A DNA stretch of 64,000 nucleotides from Schmidtea polychroa. Its lineage: Eukaryota. The stretch spans positions 73,594,001 through 73,658,000 of the forward strand of contig CM097888.1 of the NCBI GenBank assembly GCA_044892525.1, written 5' to 3'. The notes under the pieces are model-generated. The model saw nothing but the letters and a program-made list of their open reading frames with translations, made no database searches and had not been told where the DNA came from. Within the stretch, counting starts at the first letter, position 1. Each line of letters opens with the position of its first letter. Below, piece after piece: positions 34,773-48,300 of the stretch. A program made the translations under genes and the position numbers.

Positions 34773-35809
34773 CTTCAAATTGACGCTTCAAAATGGCATA
34801 AATTTTTTAATTAAATAATACGTAATTGGGTAATGAAAGATTAATCCGAATTACGTAAGTACCTAATTATTTTAGGGATGAGGGGAGGGTCGTGCTAGTT
34901 TTAAAAATATTTATTGTTCGAGAATTATAAACAGGATATTAAGTCTATTGTCATTAAGAACTTTTGAACAAAAGAAATTACAATTCTTCATAAATTTATT
35001 TTAAAATGTAAAATTCATTGTATTTATGTTGAAGAAATTGAATTATAGACGAGGCAATTAAATTTGATACAATTCATGTAAAATTATAAAATCAAAATTC
35101 TTTTATTGAAATCAATACGTTAAAAACTTAAATGATTTTCATTCGAATTCCATTCGTGTTCTTGAGTATCATAGTAACAAACTCCCAACAAAATATAGAT
35201 TTATTGATACCAAATTTACACCACAATAATATCAGACTGAACTCAAGAATATCAATAGGTTATGTTTTAATTTGGTTATACACCTCAAAAATGCCACAAC
35301 AATTATTAAATTCAATGATAAAACAGTTCTTAACAATGAAATAGTTGTCACTTTTCAATTATTTTAATCACCTTTTACTTACTTTATTACGATCTTTACA
35401 CTTTTTTCATATCTTTTATTTATTCGTTTTATGAATGCTTTCATTCTTGGTCAATTTCTGGCAATCACTTTTCTTTATAACCATTTTATAACAATTTCAG
35501 CTTAATTTTGCAATCATTTCTTAATCCCAGAATTAATATTAATTTTGTCTTTAAAATTTTTTATACATTTTGGATTTTGTTCGATAATTCTTAAACACTT
35601 TTTAATTAATTTTGACTTACAATATATATTTGTTTTTCCTTTCCGTTTTCAGGTTTTTCAGGTGTCGAATTTTATTATTTATATCATTTTATGAATTTAT
35701 TTATTTTTAATTTATTCTTTGTTAGAAGCTATAACATTCAATTCTTCTGTCATCAAATAAATTACTAAGACTAAATAAATCCAAAATTATATTTCTTTAA
35801 ATCTGCTTA

Positions 35810-36791
35810 TGTTGGGTTATTGAGTTGGTGATAAAATTTAATGTTACTCTGACTCTAAGCGTGTCTTTATATAATTCACAAATAACACTTGACAACAGAA
35901 ATCTTTATTGATAATCACAAATAAACTTTCACTTGACACTGACAATAAATTCAACACTCTGCTTGGTGACTATACAATGCTTATTGCAACACTCGGTGAG
36001 GAATAGCACTTATTTATAACACCGGATTAAAAGATCACAAATTACTGATTGATTTCTAAACTGTGATTTTGAGCTGGATGTTTTCTTTAACTTTATTCCA
36101 AACTTTATTCAAATAATCAATAACTTCTTTTCGTTTTATTATTCAACTAATTCTTTTCTTCAATTCTTCTCCAATAATTATTTTCCACAATTATTTCCTT
36201 TCCAATTATTTTGACAATCGTTTGTCCAACAACGTTTCGTCCAACGTCTAATTTTCTCCAATAATTTTATCTCTCAAATCGTATTCAATTTCGCGTCACT
36301 TTGTCTCTAATTTTCCTTCTAATTTTGCTCTCCTTTCATGTTCACCAGTTTTCCTTTTGTATAGTTCGCTTCTCTTGTGGCACTCCAGATAATCAAGTGT
36401 TTCCATTTTCCTTCTCCTGCTTTTCCCGACTGTCCCATTTTTATCTCTGGCAGCTGTCAAGTTGTTTTTCCCTTTTTCCTTTCTTGTTTGGTCGCCTTCT
36501 CCCATCAATTCTATTATCACTGGCAAGCTGTCGAGATAAGGATATTGTTGTTTTCCTTTTTCCCCGATTTCAAAATTCCTTTTCCTTTTTGTACTAATTA
36601 ATTAGTACTGACCTTGATTTTTACTTTCTTGTTTGACAACTTTTATTTGCTTTATCTTTCTCATTTTTAATTTCTTTTCACTTCCGTTTTCTTTTCTGAG
36701 TTTCGTCCTAGATCGTCCCGTTTGTCATGGCGATCTTCCCCCAGGTAATTTTATTTATTTCTTTATGAATTATTATTTAGGTATCCTCACA
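35810..36791. mobile_element. Solo LTR (982 bp) inserted in the gypsy 3' LTR
   Basis: TGTTGGGTTATTGAG...GGTATCCTCACA; 4-bp TSD CTTA. Removing it restores the match to the 5' LTR. Confidence 0.88.
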
Positions 36792-37710
36792 CTTATATAA
36801 ACAAAATCTCGTGGGACATTTTCTTTTTATAAATTTTAATTTCAACCAAATATTAACATACCGTCAACATACCACATTCATACTTGAATTGCAATTTTAT
36901 TAAACATTATTCCATTTCAAAATTAAAATTAAAATATTCATTTTAATTTTAAACCATTTTATTTCTAATATATTTCAAATAATTTAAGTTACATGAAGTT
37001 CTTTTGGAGCTCCAAACTTTGATATCCATCTATTTAATAAAGTCTCACTAATTGTTTTTTCGTCTTGCTTGTTTATGGCCTTTAATGAGATGTATTTACT
37101 ATAGTGATCAATGATTATATATATTTCTTTTTATTGAACGTTTCTTTCAATGGCCCACATATGTCCATATATATCTTCTCGGATAGTTCAGTACTCTTTA
37201 TTATTTGAGTTTCCTCCTTTGTCTTGGTTGTTATCGTTTTCATTTTCTGACATCTTTTGCAGCTCTCAATTACCCTTTTTACTTCCGTTGATAGATTTTC
37301 CATGTCGAAATTATTCTGGATATATTTCGTTACTTTCTGTGTACCTGCCTGGCACAGCAATACGTGTACTTCTTTTATCATCTGCTGTCTATTATCTGAT
37401 GGTATCCATATTTTACCTTGCTTAGTTAGTACCGTGTTGTTTTCCATTATGAATTTACAATCTTTATTTTTTAACTTATTCTTTATTTCTTGGACCTCCA
37501 CATTGTCATTTTGCCACTTGTTATATCCGCCTTCTGCTGTTACTGTTAATATTCTGGTTTTAATTTTGCCGGTTTTTGGATATTCGTGTTCCATCATACA
37601 CTGTACACATGTTCCTTATGTTTTCATGGATAGCATATCCGTGTTTGTATGGCTTGTCCCTTTTCTGTATTTCATTTTAATATCCAGGCTGCTTAAATAG
37701 TTGATCCATG

Positions 37711-38203
37711 TGTTGGGTTATTGAGTTATTTTGTTCTATTTTGTTCTACTTTTTGTTCTGATTTCTCGATCAACTGTTCTGCTTTATATAGTCTGTTTCA
37801 TTTGTGGCACTGACGACAGATTCTGTTTTCCATTTTCCTTTTCCTCTACGTCAGCCTTATCTCTGACAAATATCAAGATATTTTCCCATTTGACTTTTTT
37901 ATTAAGACGCCTTCTCCCGACAATTTCGCTATCTTTGACAAGCTGTCAAGATACGGCTTTTTCCCCTATTTTGTTTTTCTGGAATTTGAAATTTTACCTT
38001 CATTTGTACTTCTTATTTAACAATGACCTTTGTTTTAATTTCTTGTTTGTTTCCTTTTATTTGATTTATCTTTCTCATTTTTAATTTCTTTTTACTTCCG
38101 TTTTCTTTTCTGAGTTCCCATAGATCGTCCCGTTTGTCATGATGATCTCCCCCCGGTAATTTATTTATTTATTATGTTATTTATCATTTAGGTATCCTCA
38201 ACA
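37711..38203. mobile_element. Solo LTR (493 bp) of the same family, inserted after RNase H
   Basis: TGTTGGGTTATTGAG...GGTATCCTCAACA; 4-bp TSD CATG. Confidence 0.9.
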
Positions 38204-38348
38204 CATGTCTGGAATTGAGCAGTTATTGGTTTCTTCGTTGTTACCATAAACGTTTATGGTACGTTCTCAGTGAGAATCTTTTACCATATAAGTATTGGTA
38301 GAAATGTTTACAAAAATAGTATATTGCCAATAATTCTTTCCTGGTAAT

Positions 38349-39125
38349 TCAGTATCCATTTTTGTGGCTGCTCATCGCATGTGTACCATATGCAATGACA
38401 TGTCCATATCCTTTTTCATCATTTTGCGAAAGAACTGTTCCAATAGTATCGAAGCTTGCTTCTGTGTCTAATATAAATTCTTTTCTGGAGTCTGGAAATA
38501 CCAATACTGGAGCGGTTACCAATGCTTCTTTCATTTCCCCGAAAGACTTTTCAGACATCTCTGTCCATTTTATTTTCTCATTGTTTTTTCCGCATAAGCT
38601 TTCTAGCGCTCTTGTCTTCTTTGCATAGTCCTTTATGAACCGTCGATAATAGTTACAGATACCCAGAAAGCTCATCAGATTCTTTACACATTTTGGCTTT
38701 TGAAATGATTGTAATGCTTCTATCTTAGTATGATCTGTTTGTATGCAGTCTCTATTTATTATGTGTCCCAGAAACTTCACTTCTTTCGTAAATATTTGAT
38801 ATTTTTCGGGGTTCAATCTTAGTCTTGCTGTTGAGATCTTCCCTAGAACTCTTCCAAATACGTTATTGTGTTCTTTTTCTGTCTTTGTGAATATAAGTAT
38901 GTCATCTAAATATACCACTCCATCTTTCCACAAATATTTCAATACTTTCGTCATTAATTCTTGAAATGTTCCTGGTGTCACTGCAATACCGAACTGGCCT
39001 TCTTTTGTTGAGAATGCTGTTTTCTCTTGAGATTCCTTATCTAACTTCACTTGGTAATAAGCATTTCCCAAGTCGATCGAGCTAAAATATCTGGATCCGT
39101 GTAAAATTTCATCTACATTTGACAT
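38349..39125 (-). pseudogene. Gypsy RT/RNase H segment
   Basis: YFSSIDLGNAYYQV, KTAFST, VVYLDDILIF, FLGICNYYRRFIKDYA, FILDTEASFDTIGTVLSQ. Confidence 0.93.
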
Positions 39126-39799
39126 TGGAAATCCTTGTCTTTCTGTTTTCTTGTTTAATTGTCTGAAGTCTCTCTATATTCCATACACAAGTTAAAGGTG
39201 TGTTCCACGGTGAATTACACTTCCTAATTATTCCGTTGTTTTCTAGATTTTTTATTGCTTCCTCAATCTTGTCTTTTTATTGGTTTTCATATTTGGTTTT
39301 TATTGGTTGCTGCTTCCGTTTAATCATTATTGGCTCTCCTTTCGTGATTATCTTATGTTTAATCAGATTGGTACACAAAATACCCCATTTATCTGCCATG
39401 AAAACGTTCTTGTTCGCCTGAAATATTTCTAACAGTCTCGTATTTCCGGTAACCTTTAAAACGTCGATAGCATGACGTAATCTTTCTTCATCTGTTATAA
39501 TCCGCCCAAATCTAGCTTATATTTCGCAAATGAAATCACTACGTTTTCCATTTTCTTCTCGTATACATTTAAATTCTATACCAAATAACCTTTGTAGTTA
39601 TACTCCTCCGATAATTTCTGGTATGATATTCCTTACTATAATGAATGTTACATTTCTTTCACTATCGCCCATTTTAACATTGATGTTTATTTTACCCATA
39701 GTTTATAATCTACTGTTGTTTGCACATTTTAGCGATTCACTTTTTTCTATTATTTCTATATTTTCTAATCGATCAATTATTGATTTCAGCCATCACATT

Positions 39800-40138
39800 T
39801 GAAAGGGTAGAATTCGCGTTTAAGTTAAAACTGAACATTGCTAACAAATATTTAAATTGTATTTATCAGATTACATAAATTTTTATATAGATATTTAAAT
39901 TAATAAATTAAAGTAAGTTTAAAATATAAAAATAAATTAAAGTATATTAAATATTAAAATAAATTAAACCAGCATTGAAATCAGCATCAAAATTAAAATA
40001 ATAAAAAAGCTTCGAACAGATTGTTTGAATATTACAAAAAAGCGCAATTTTTTGAATAAAATAAAATTTAGTAATTTTATTTGGTTATTTTATTATTTAT
40101 GGATATTGAACATGAATTCGACGTTGTTGCGGATAACA
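39800..40138. mobile_element. Solo LTR (339 bp) of a different family, inserted in the gypsy protease
   Basis: TG...CA termini; 5-bp TSD ACATT (39795-39799, 40139-40143). Removing it rejoins DTGA*INV with MAEIN. Confidence 0.8.
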
Positions 40139-43100
40139 ACATTAATTCACGCTCCTGTATCCAATAAATAATCTACGTTCCGCCCTTGGATATTCAGTGT
40201 GTACTCGGTCTACCTTTGCATTATATTATATGTTATTACTGGTCTTTTTTGTTCTTCTACAGACACAATATTCTGCTCTCTAGTATCTTTTACAATTTCA
40301 TTAATACACACGTCTCCATTTTTCTTGAGAAATTTGTAAATTTTCTCTATAATCATACCATCATGTTTTACTAATTCACCTACTTTACACTCCTCTTTAA
40401 ATTTTTTCTCAATTTCCTTATCATTCGATTTTTTGGTTTCTACAATACCATTATTATTAATAATATTATTATTATATATATTTGGTTTATTTATTTTACC
40501 ACTATTATTTATATCAAGTTCAAAAACACTGCAGTCTTTATCAATCATACAATCATCATACATACTTAAAGTACACATACCGTTATCATTCATTCTTTGG
40601 TTGAAATCAAAAGAAATTAGTAGATTGCTCCGATCAATGTCCGGTTTGACGGAGCGTGCTCGTTTGGGTAATCCTCCATGCTATACTCGTCTGGCTGGCT
40701 TGAATGTTTTGTATTTATCATCTCATTATCAGACTCGATAGCTGCAATATCTCTTCTGTTATATTGTTGGTTTCCCATTGTCTTTGATATATGTTCCTTG
40801 GTTGATACATATCTTTTCTCTGTTGATAAGTATTTCTTTGAATTCTTCCTCCTGATATCTTCCTTTGGACTCAATCTCTTCCTTGATTTCGTCTTTCCAT
40901 AATTGTGTAGCACTCTCTTTCTTTGTGTCCTCGTGCATTGCATCTATGACATTTGATTGTTGGGCATTCTCTTCGTATGTGACCTTCAGCACCACATGCA
41001 TAACATTGAAATCTCATTTTCATATTAAATTCTCTGCTGCTTGTGTCCCTGTTTTTGACACGTCCAGCATTCTATCACTTTATCACTTGTCTCTGGTTTC
41101 CATTCGTTGATTTTTCTATTCGCGGCTCCAACTTGTACCACATCTCTATAAGTTCTTTCCCCAGTTGTAGGTCGTATTGATCTCACGGTATTTACTTGTT
41201 CAATAACCGTGTTAACTTCTTTTATCTTCTTTATAGTTTCTTTAATCTGTTCCGCCATTTTGAGATCTTTCATTTAAATTTCTTTTCTGATTTCTTTATC
41301 TTTTATGCAATGTGTCAGTAAACATTTCTGAATTTCCTTTCTCATTCCAAGTGTGAGAGGCCAATTTTTTCGTCTTTTTTAATATTTTCTCTATAAATAT
41401 TTCCGCTGATTCGTTACCTTGCTCGTAGTTCAAGGCCTCTCTTAAGTCATCAATCAATGACGTTGGTCGATGAAATGCTGTTCTTAATTTCTGTTCCACG
41501 GTTTTATCTTCTGCGGCTTCATATTCTTCGATCAAAGTCCTAGTACAATTTGAGTCTTCACTGGTGTCTTCGTTGTTTCGAAGAACCTCTGACATTCTTT
41601 GATGAATAATTCGAGGTCATCTCCTCTGTGGAATTTTTCTGGAAGTAATCTTCCAATAAGCAGATCCGTTGGAATGGTCGCCATGTTAGAAGCTATAACA
41701 TTCAATTCTTCTGTCATCAAATAAATTACTAAGACTAAATAAATCCAAAATTATATTTCTTTAAATCTGCTTATATAAACAAATATTCTTGGGACATTTT
41801 CTTTTAGTCCCAAAAATATAGAAATATATATTTTAATTCTAATATATTTCAAATAATTTAAGTTTTACTTTTAATTTTAATTTTACAAAATTTAATCAGG
41901 AAATAATTTTAATTTAACATTTTAATTTTAACTCCTGACATTCTTTTTAATAGTTCCCCTCAAAATTAATTACCAAGTCATAATTTATAAGAACTTTTTT
42001 CAATTTTCACCACTGATTTCTTTTCAATTGACATTATATTTATTAAAGTCAAATTTTTTAATAAATACAAATTCATAATTATCATTTTTATAAATTATAA
42101 AAATTTACAACGCAAAATTTGAGATGAATGTTTAAAATTTTTAATTAATATGATAAATATAAATAACAAAAAAAAGTACTATACTCAGCCTTTCCTCGTC
42201 GGGAAAGGTGGAAATAGCAACTCTGAGATAAGGTGAATAACTCAATTCGTCGAATAAGGTTACTGGAATAGTAGGCAGTAACCAATTCCTTTGCTCTTCA
42301 CACCATGATAACTTTTTCTTGGCTAGTGTAGAATATGGAGCACAGTTATAAACAACGAATTGCAAACTCTCCTACACGAAAAAAAGGTAATAATATATTT
42401 TAATGGACGTTGTAGAAAAGGACTGTTTAATTTTAAGGAATTGTGATGCATTTTACTCTAAATATCATGTATCCCAATTTAACTAATTCCGTATTTACAC
42501 CGGAAACTGAAATGTACAGTATATATAACACGTGACAACTCTATTTTTACCAGTATAAATGTTGGTTTTTTTATCTTATGGGCTAATATTGTAATTTATG
42601 TCGGATAATTATATCTCTTTAATGAAATTGATGTATTGTCATATAAAATGAAAAAGATATTCAAAATTAAACTTAAAAAAAATATTGATTATTTTTCAAT
42701 TGTAATCCTTTCGCTGCTCTAAACCTATATACTCGTAAAATATTTTGTGCTCCATGCGTTCATAGCGAGTATTTTCGTGTCTTGTTTTAAAAAAGTTCCT
42801 TGTTAAAATAGTTTAACTGCACTACACGAACAAACTCGTTGAATTTAAATTGGTCAAACTGCTCAACACGAAAAATCACGCAACCACTGAAATATGAGCG
42901 GAGAGCGAGCATTAAATCTCAAAATGTGTTGCTGAGTGAAAAGGTTAAGAAACTTACCAAATTTTTTACACATGTATCATGATGTAAAGTTATATATAAG
43001 AAACAAATTCTCTACAATCTGGTTTATGCAATATTTTTAAATTTTTAAAAATTTAATAAATATTTTGTACTATACTTTAATTATATAATCTATATATCAG

Positions 43101-43552
43101 ATGAAAGAGAAGCGAAATATCTTTCTAATAACGTATTTAGTCGATACATTATCATATAAATTGAAATGAATATTCAAAGTTCTAATTTTAAAACGTTTAA
43201 AATATTTTCAATTTTTAAAAACTTGTCAATTGTTTCACACGTAAAGTTCATTACGTAAAGTTAAATCATTGAAAAGAGGAGAAATGTCTCTAAAAGATGG
43301 TATATTTTTGGTAATTAAAATATTTGATATGAAAAAACTCAATTTAAAAAGATTTAGTTTATATTAGTTATTTATTTGTCAATCATGTATTTTTATTACG
43401 CGTGTCTTTGCGCTTGATTGTACATGTCCATATTATTTATACACTGGCATTATATCCCTTTATTCTTTTATTATTATTTTTATTATTATTGTTATTATTA
43501 TTATTACTTAGTATAAAGTGATGATTTCTTGGCAGCAGCATTTATTATTTAA

Positions 43553-43633
43553 AACAATAAAATGATAATTTAAGCCTTTTTCATTAAATACATTATTTGC
43601 AGCAAAAGGCTTAAATTATCATTTTATTGTTTT
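43553..43633. repeat. Perfect 29-bp inverted repeat with a 23-nt spacer, made of Penelope pseudo-LTR sequence
   Basis: Arms 43553-43581 and 43605-43633 match the flanking repeats at ~24320 and ~25965. Confidence 0.85.
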
Positions 43634-43679
43634 ATATTATTACTTATTATTATTAATTTATTTTATATTATTTGTAGGA

Positions 43680-44060
43680 ACATAAAACTAATTCTTACAA
43701 TATATTTATTGAAAGCGACATCTTATAATAAAGTGTATCTGGTATTTTCATTAATAGAGTTTCCATTCTTGATTGAGTACAAGCATGTGAATGATAAGAA
43801 AATTAGTCCTGTTGCCTTACATAATCCAATATAGAATCGAGCTAGCGAACTGTTTGTCGATCTGAAGTTTCGAATGTTGCAATATTGGTGTTTTGGAATG
43901 AAGTATTTTCGGGGAAACAGACTTCCGGTAAATTGATAGAATTCCATTGTTTTGTATGTATTTTTTGAAAAAAGGTGGCGATGTTCGAAAGAAGAATGAA
44001 TATTGTTTGAATATTTAAACAATCATTTTAATTTAATTAATTTAATAATGTATTTTAAAT
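43680..44060 (-). pseudogene. Unknown ORF-like family, copy 3
   Basis: YKTMEFYQF...NTRYTLL*DVAFNKYIVRISFMFL. Confidence 0.45.
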
Positions 44061-45329
44061 TTAATTATTAAATTGATTTATTTATTAATTTGAAAGTCAA
44101 AAAGTCACTAAATTATTATTATTTTTATTATTATAATATAAGTCAATTTATGATCAGTTGAAATCATGATGTATCAACCTTTCGCAATTTCAATTAGCAA
44201 AAGCAGTGAATTTATAAAATAATTAAACAAATTTATTTAACAACATTAAATATATACTAAATGATATTCTTCAATTTTTACATCACAAATTTCAAACTTA
44301 CTAGTACTTTTGAAACAAGAACAAATTATTATATGTCCACAAGATAGATACAAATAGATACTTTGTTAATTTGGCAAATTGAATACGTAAGAAACTCTCT
44401 TTTTGTATCTTCCAATTTATCATGATGTTTTATATCTATTTCATTCACATTAGTCGTGAAAAATTAAATGTTCTCGATATTCTCGATAGTCTGGAATTCA
44501 TACATTATCAAAAATCAGCGAGCATATTAATTTCTGTAGGATTAATATTATTTAGAAACATTATGCAACTCGATAATCTCATCGGCGATTTGTTGAATAT
44601 GAACAAGTTTAGGAAACTTTCAACTACTTCATGTTTAAATAATTTATCTAATTTGGGTAGTGATATATGATTAAATGTTGATGTCAAAGTTGTATTGGTC
44701 ACTTAATAGATCTTTGAGTGCCAAATATTTTTCATTCTGATTCTTTGTTTTTAATAAACTTGAAACTTGCAGCAAATTCTTATCTTCTTATTTCCTTTAT
44801 TACTAATTATTTTATTGTCATAAAATATTGCAATAAACTACATCAATGACATAATTTCTGAAATATATTACATCCTTTATTTCAGTAAATTGTATAAAAG
44901 ATTTTGATAAGTAGTTATTCAAAATATACACATGATGCAGATAATATAGAGATTTTGAATGTTTCTTTTATTAATTTTGAAATTAAGATTATTTAGTTTT
45001 TTATTATTTGACGTAGTACAAAATACTTATGCAGTATGTGAAAGAAAACAGTTAATTTTAAAATAAATTTGGAATAAAGATGAATTATATGTCGATTTAA
45101 AATAAGATAATGGTAAAATTTTAAATTTCCCATATCAATCAATTGTGAAATAGTGTCATGTATTTGCATAAAGTGATTTTTATAATATTATGTCAATGTC
45201 CGTTGAAAATTCAATAAAAGTTTAACAGTGCACACCTAACATCATCCAAAGTCCAATATTTCATATATTAGAAATTTTGCAACGATTAATTAAAATTAGT
45301 TGAATTAAAATTAAATTTAATAAACATAC

Positions 45330-48300
45330 TGTTGAATATTCGTGACCCGGAAATAAATGAATTCTGTTAGCCGGAATATTTAATTTTAATAATTCGCGCA
45401 AGAAAAACTGTAAAGAAGATACAGTTACTTTAATTGTGCCTTCAAACATTGCTCCTAAATGGACAACAAAATTCTAAACACAATAAAACTTTAATTCTAT
45501 ACCGATTGATCCAAGAAATATGGCATCACCAGTAAATACCAACAGGGAAGATTCTGGACTTTTTTCAATGGTATTTATGGTGTATATGGCATGACCAACT
45601 GTATGACCTGGCGTATGGTAAGCAGTTATCTGAATAGGATTTGTTGATTCTTCACAAACATCAATATAAACTATTGACTCTGTGAAATTGTAGCTACAAG
45701 CACTTATTCTATCATTTTTATGAGCAATAATCTAAATAATTAAAATATCTTTTTAATTGCTGGAATTTCGAATAAAAATAAATATTTTATATTAAAATAG
45801 AAATAATACCAATTAATTCCATAAACTTAAACATAAAGAAGTACTAAATTGCACCGGTTGCGTAAAATAAATCTATTTTTAAGAAAATAATTTCTTTAAG
45901 AAATGAAGTTGGGAAACTATTTCAGATATCACTATCCCAAGCACATTTTCTAAGAAATATTAAGTAAGTTTTGTGAAGAACTTTATAATTTTTAAAATTG
46001 AGAATTGCAAAAATAAATCACTAAATATCTAAAACATTAATACAAGAAAATTGGTATTATGGCGATTGATTTTTAAAAATTTTTTAATGTTTATTTATTT
46101 TAGTGGAACAACAGATTCGTACACTACGTCAGGAGCTGCAGGGCGCCAGCGCCATCGCAATGGATGCCGTGATTGAGTTAGGCCAGAGACCCGAGAGAGA
46201 ACGTTCGGTGCGTGGAATATCTATGGAACTGTCAAGTAATATCAATAAAATTTAGCTTGACTTAATGCAGTGCATCTCGAATTAATTAATCAGAAAATAT
46301 GCCTTCTAACAGTAGTCCGCGAACTCACCCGAATGCTGGACGACTACAGGGTACAGAGACACGCTCACTTTTCGCGAGTATTCACCTATTCGACACGGTC
46401 CCCTTGTTGGTTACTCAACGGATATCGAGTGGTAAAATAACCTTGTTTTCTGGGTTACTTTGGAGACAACAAGACAACGTAGATTCAGCGCGGCGGTTTT
46501 CAATCTATTTTCCTTGATGACCTATCTATTATTTTACAAATTCACGGGTTTCAACAATTGCAGCAAAAATGAAATCGTAGAAAAATTGTTTCTTCGAACA
46601 ATAATTAATTTTAAAAAAATAGGGCGCGACTGTGGTTTCAAGGATCATTATCTAATACCCTCTACGACCGGTAATGATACAATTTCCATTGATCAAGTAT
46701 ATTTTCAATAGTCTTGTGGCGACAATTTCAATAGTTAAGAGGATAATGTTATGAAATGACATTAAATTATTTTTAGTTAACCATTACATATAGTCTATAA
46801 AAAGAAACAATTTCAGTCATCTTATTAACTTAGTTATAGGATATATGTATTGAAAATTATACAGTATAACTGGCATGTGAGTTTTGAATTTGTTTAATTT
46901 CGACCAAAATTTTGCCAAGAATATTTTGGTCGAAATTAAACAAATTCAAAACTCACATGCCAGTTATACTGTATAATTTTCAATACATATATCCTATAAC
47001 TAAGTTAATAAGATGACTGAAATGGTTTCATTTTATAAAATTTTATTTGAAAAAAGTAATGCCTTGGCGACCCCAAGGAACCTATGATATAGCTGCTAGA
47101 TTCTAGTGGAACCAGGTGCAATAGATGCAATTTTGAGAGTTAGTCATATTTTATTTATTTAAATATTTGAAAGTAAACATGTCGTATAAACAACATTAAG
47201 GTTTATTAATAAATAGTAATTGAAATAAATATCATTAGTTTAGATAACAAGTGAAATATTATTTATAGATTTTCAGACATTATTGATTTATAATAACACA
47301 AATTCAATAATTCTATTTTCGATGGAACCTGAATATCATATTGATGATTTTTTGGCTGAAATTAAAACAAATGTAATCAATAAATTCAAGATTTTGCTTA
47401 TCATAAAGTCAATTTATGTGATTTGCATCATTTATTTTTCCCTCGGTCTCTATTTGACATATGCACATATTGCTGGGTATTTGGATTTATCTCAAAAGTA
47501 TAAAATTGAATTTTGGTACCCTTTATCGATTTCCAATTCAATAACAAATCTTGTTGGAATTTGTATAATTGTTTCTCATCTCTATGTCAATTTCAAGTAT
47601 AGAAATTTTATTGAAACTTCCAAATCCCATCAACCAGAAATTCTATTCTTGATTATTTTACCCCTTTTTGTGTTATCCATTATCATCCTGACGCTTGGTT
47701 CGATTAAGGACACGTTGAGTGATTATTCGGACTATTGTAGAATGACATTCAATTTCACATCAATTTTGTTTTTCATTGGAATATTAATTTTACTTATCGA
47801 AATTAGAAACGGTTACGATACTGGAGAAATTTCAAAAGTATGTTTAGTAAAGTTAGCGTGTATTTTGTATTGTGGTGTTGGTCTTTTAAATTATATTATT
47901 TTCAACATTTCTATAGATCAAATTGAACATTTTACATTTTCAATCAACAGGACTTTTAAGCAACTAAATGGTACTCATAAATACTTAGTTTTGAATAACT
48001 TATATTCAGCATTACAACCTTACATGATCCGGAGTATTTATATAGTAGGAATCGTTTCTTTAATTTACATGTATGAGCCGCTCAAACAAAGTTATAACAT
48101 TGTTGAAAACTCTGTTCAATATGAAAATGAATTTGGAAGTTTAATTAACACTATTCCACCGAAAAGATTATCAAAATTTTCCATTGCGTTTTCATTAATA
48201 ATAATAATTTTGATTATTTTATCATCAATATTTAAAGTAATATGCAATGATTATAACCACTTTTACCATATCCTAGGATTTTTAGTTCATATTATATCGA

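Larger units (their letters stand above)
31990..35660. repeat. Unclassified dispersed repeat, copy 2 (blocks A and B) with three inserted or embedded elements
   Basis: Same A-then-B order as 9100-10818. The facing ends of A and B are imperfect inverted repeats. Confidence 0.75.
35720..41940 (-). mobile_element. Full-length decayed Ty3/gypsy LTR retrotransposon
   Basis: 5' LTR 41684-41940 (TGTCAGGAG...CTAACA); PBS-like TGGCGACC at 41676-41683; 3' LTR from 35720, interrupted; 5-bp TSD TTCTT. Gag with three CCHC knuckles, protease LLDTGA, RT VYLDD, RNase H DTEAS, integrase remnant to IYMDICGP. Confidence 0.93.
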
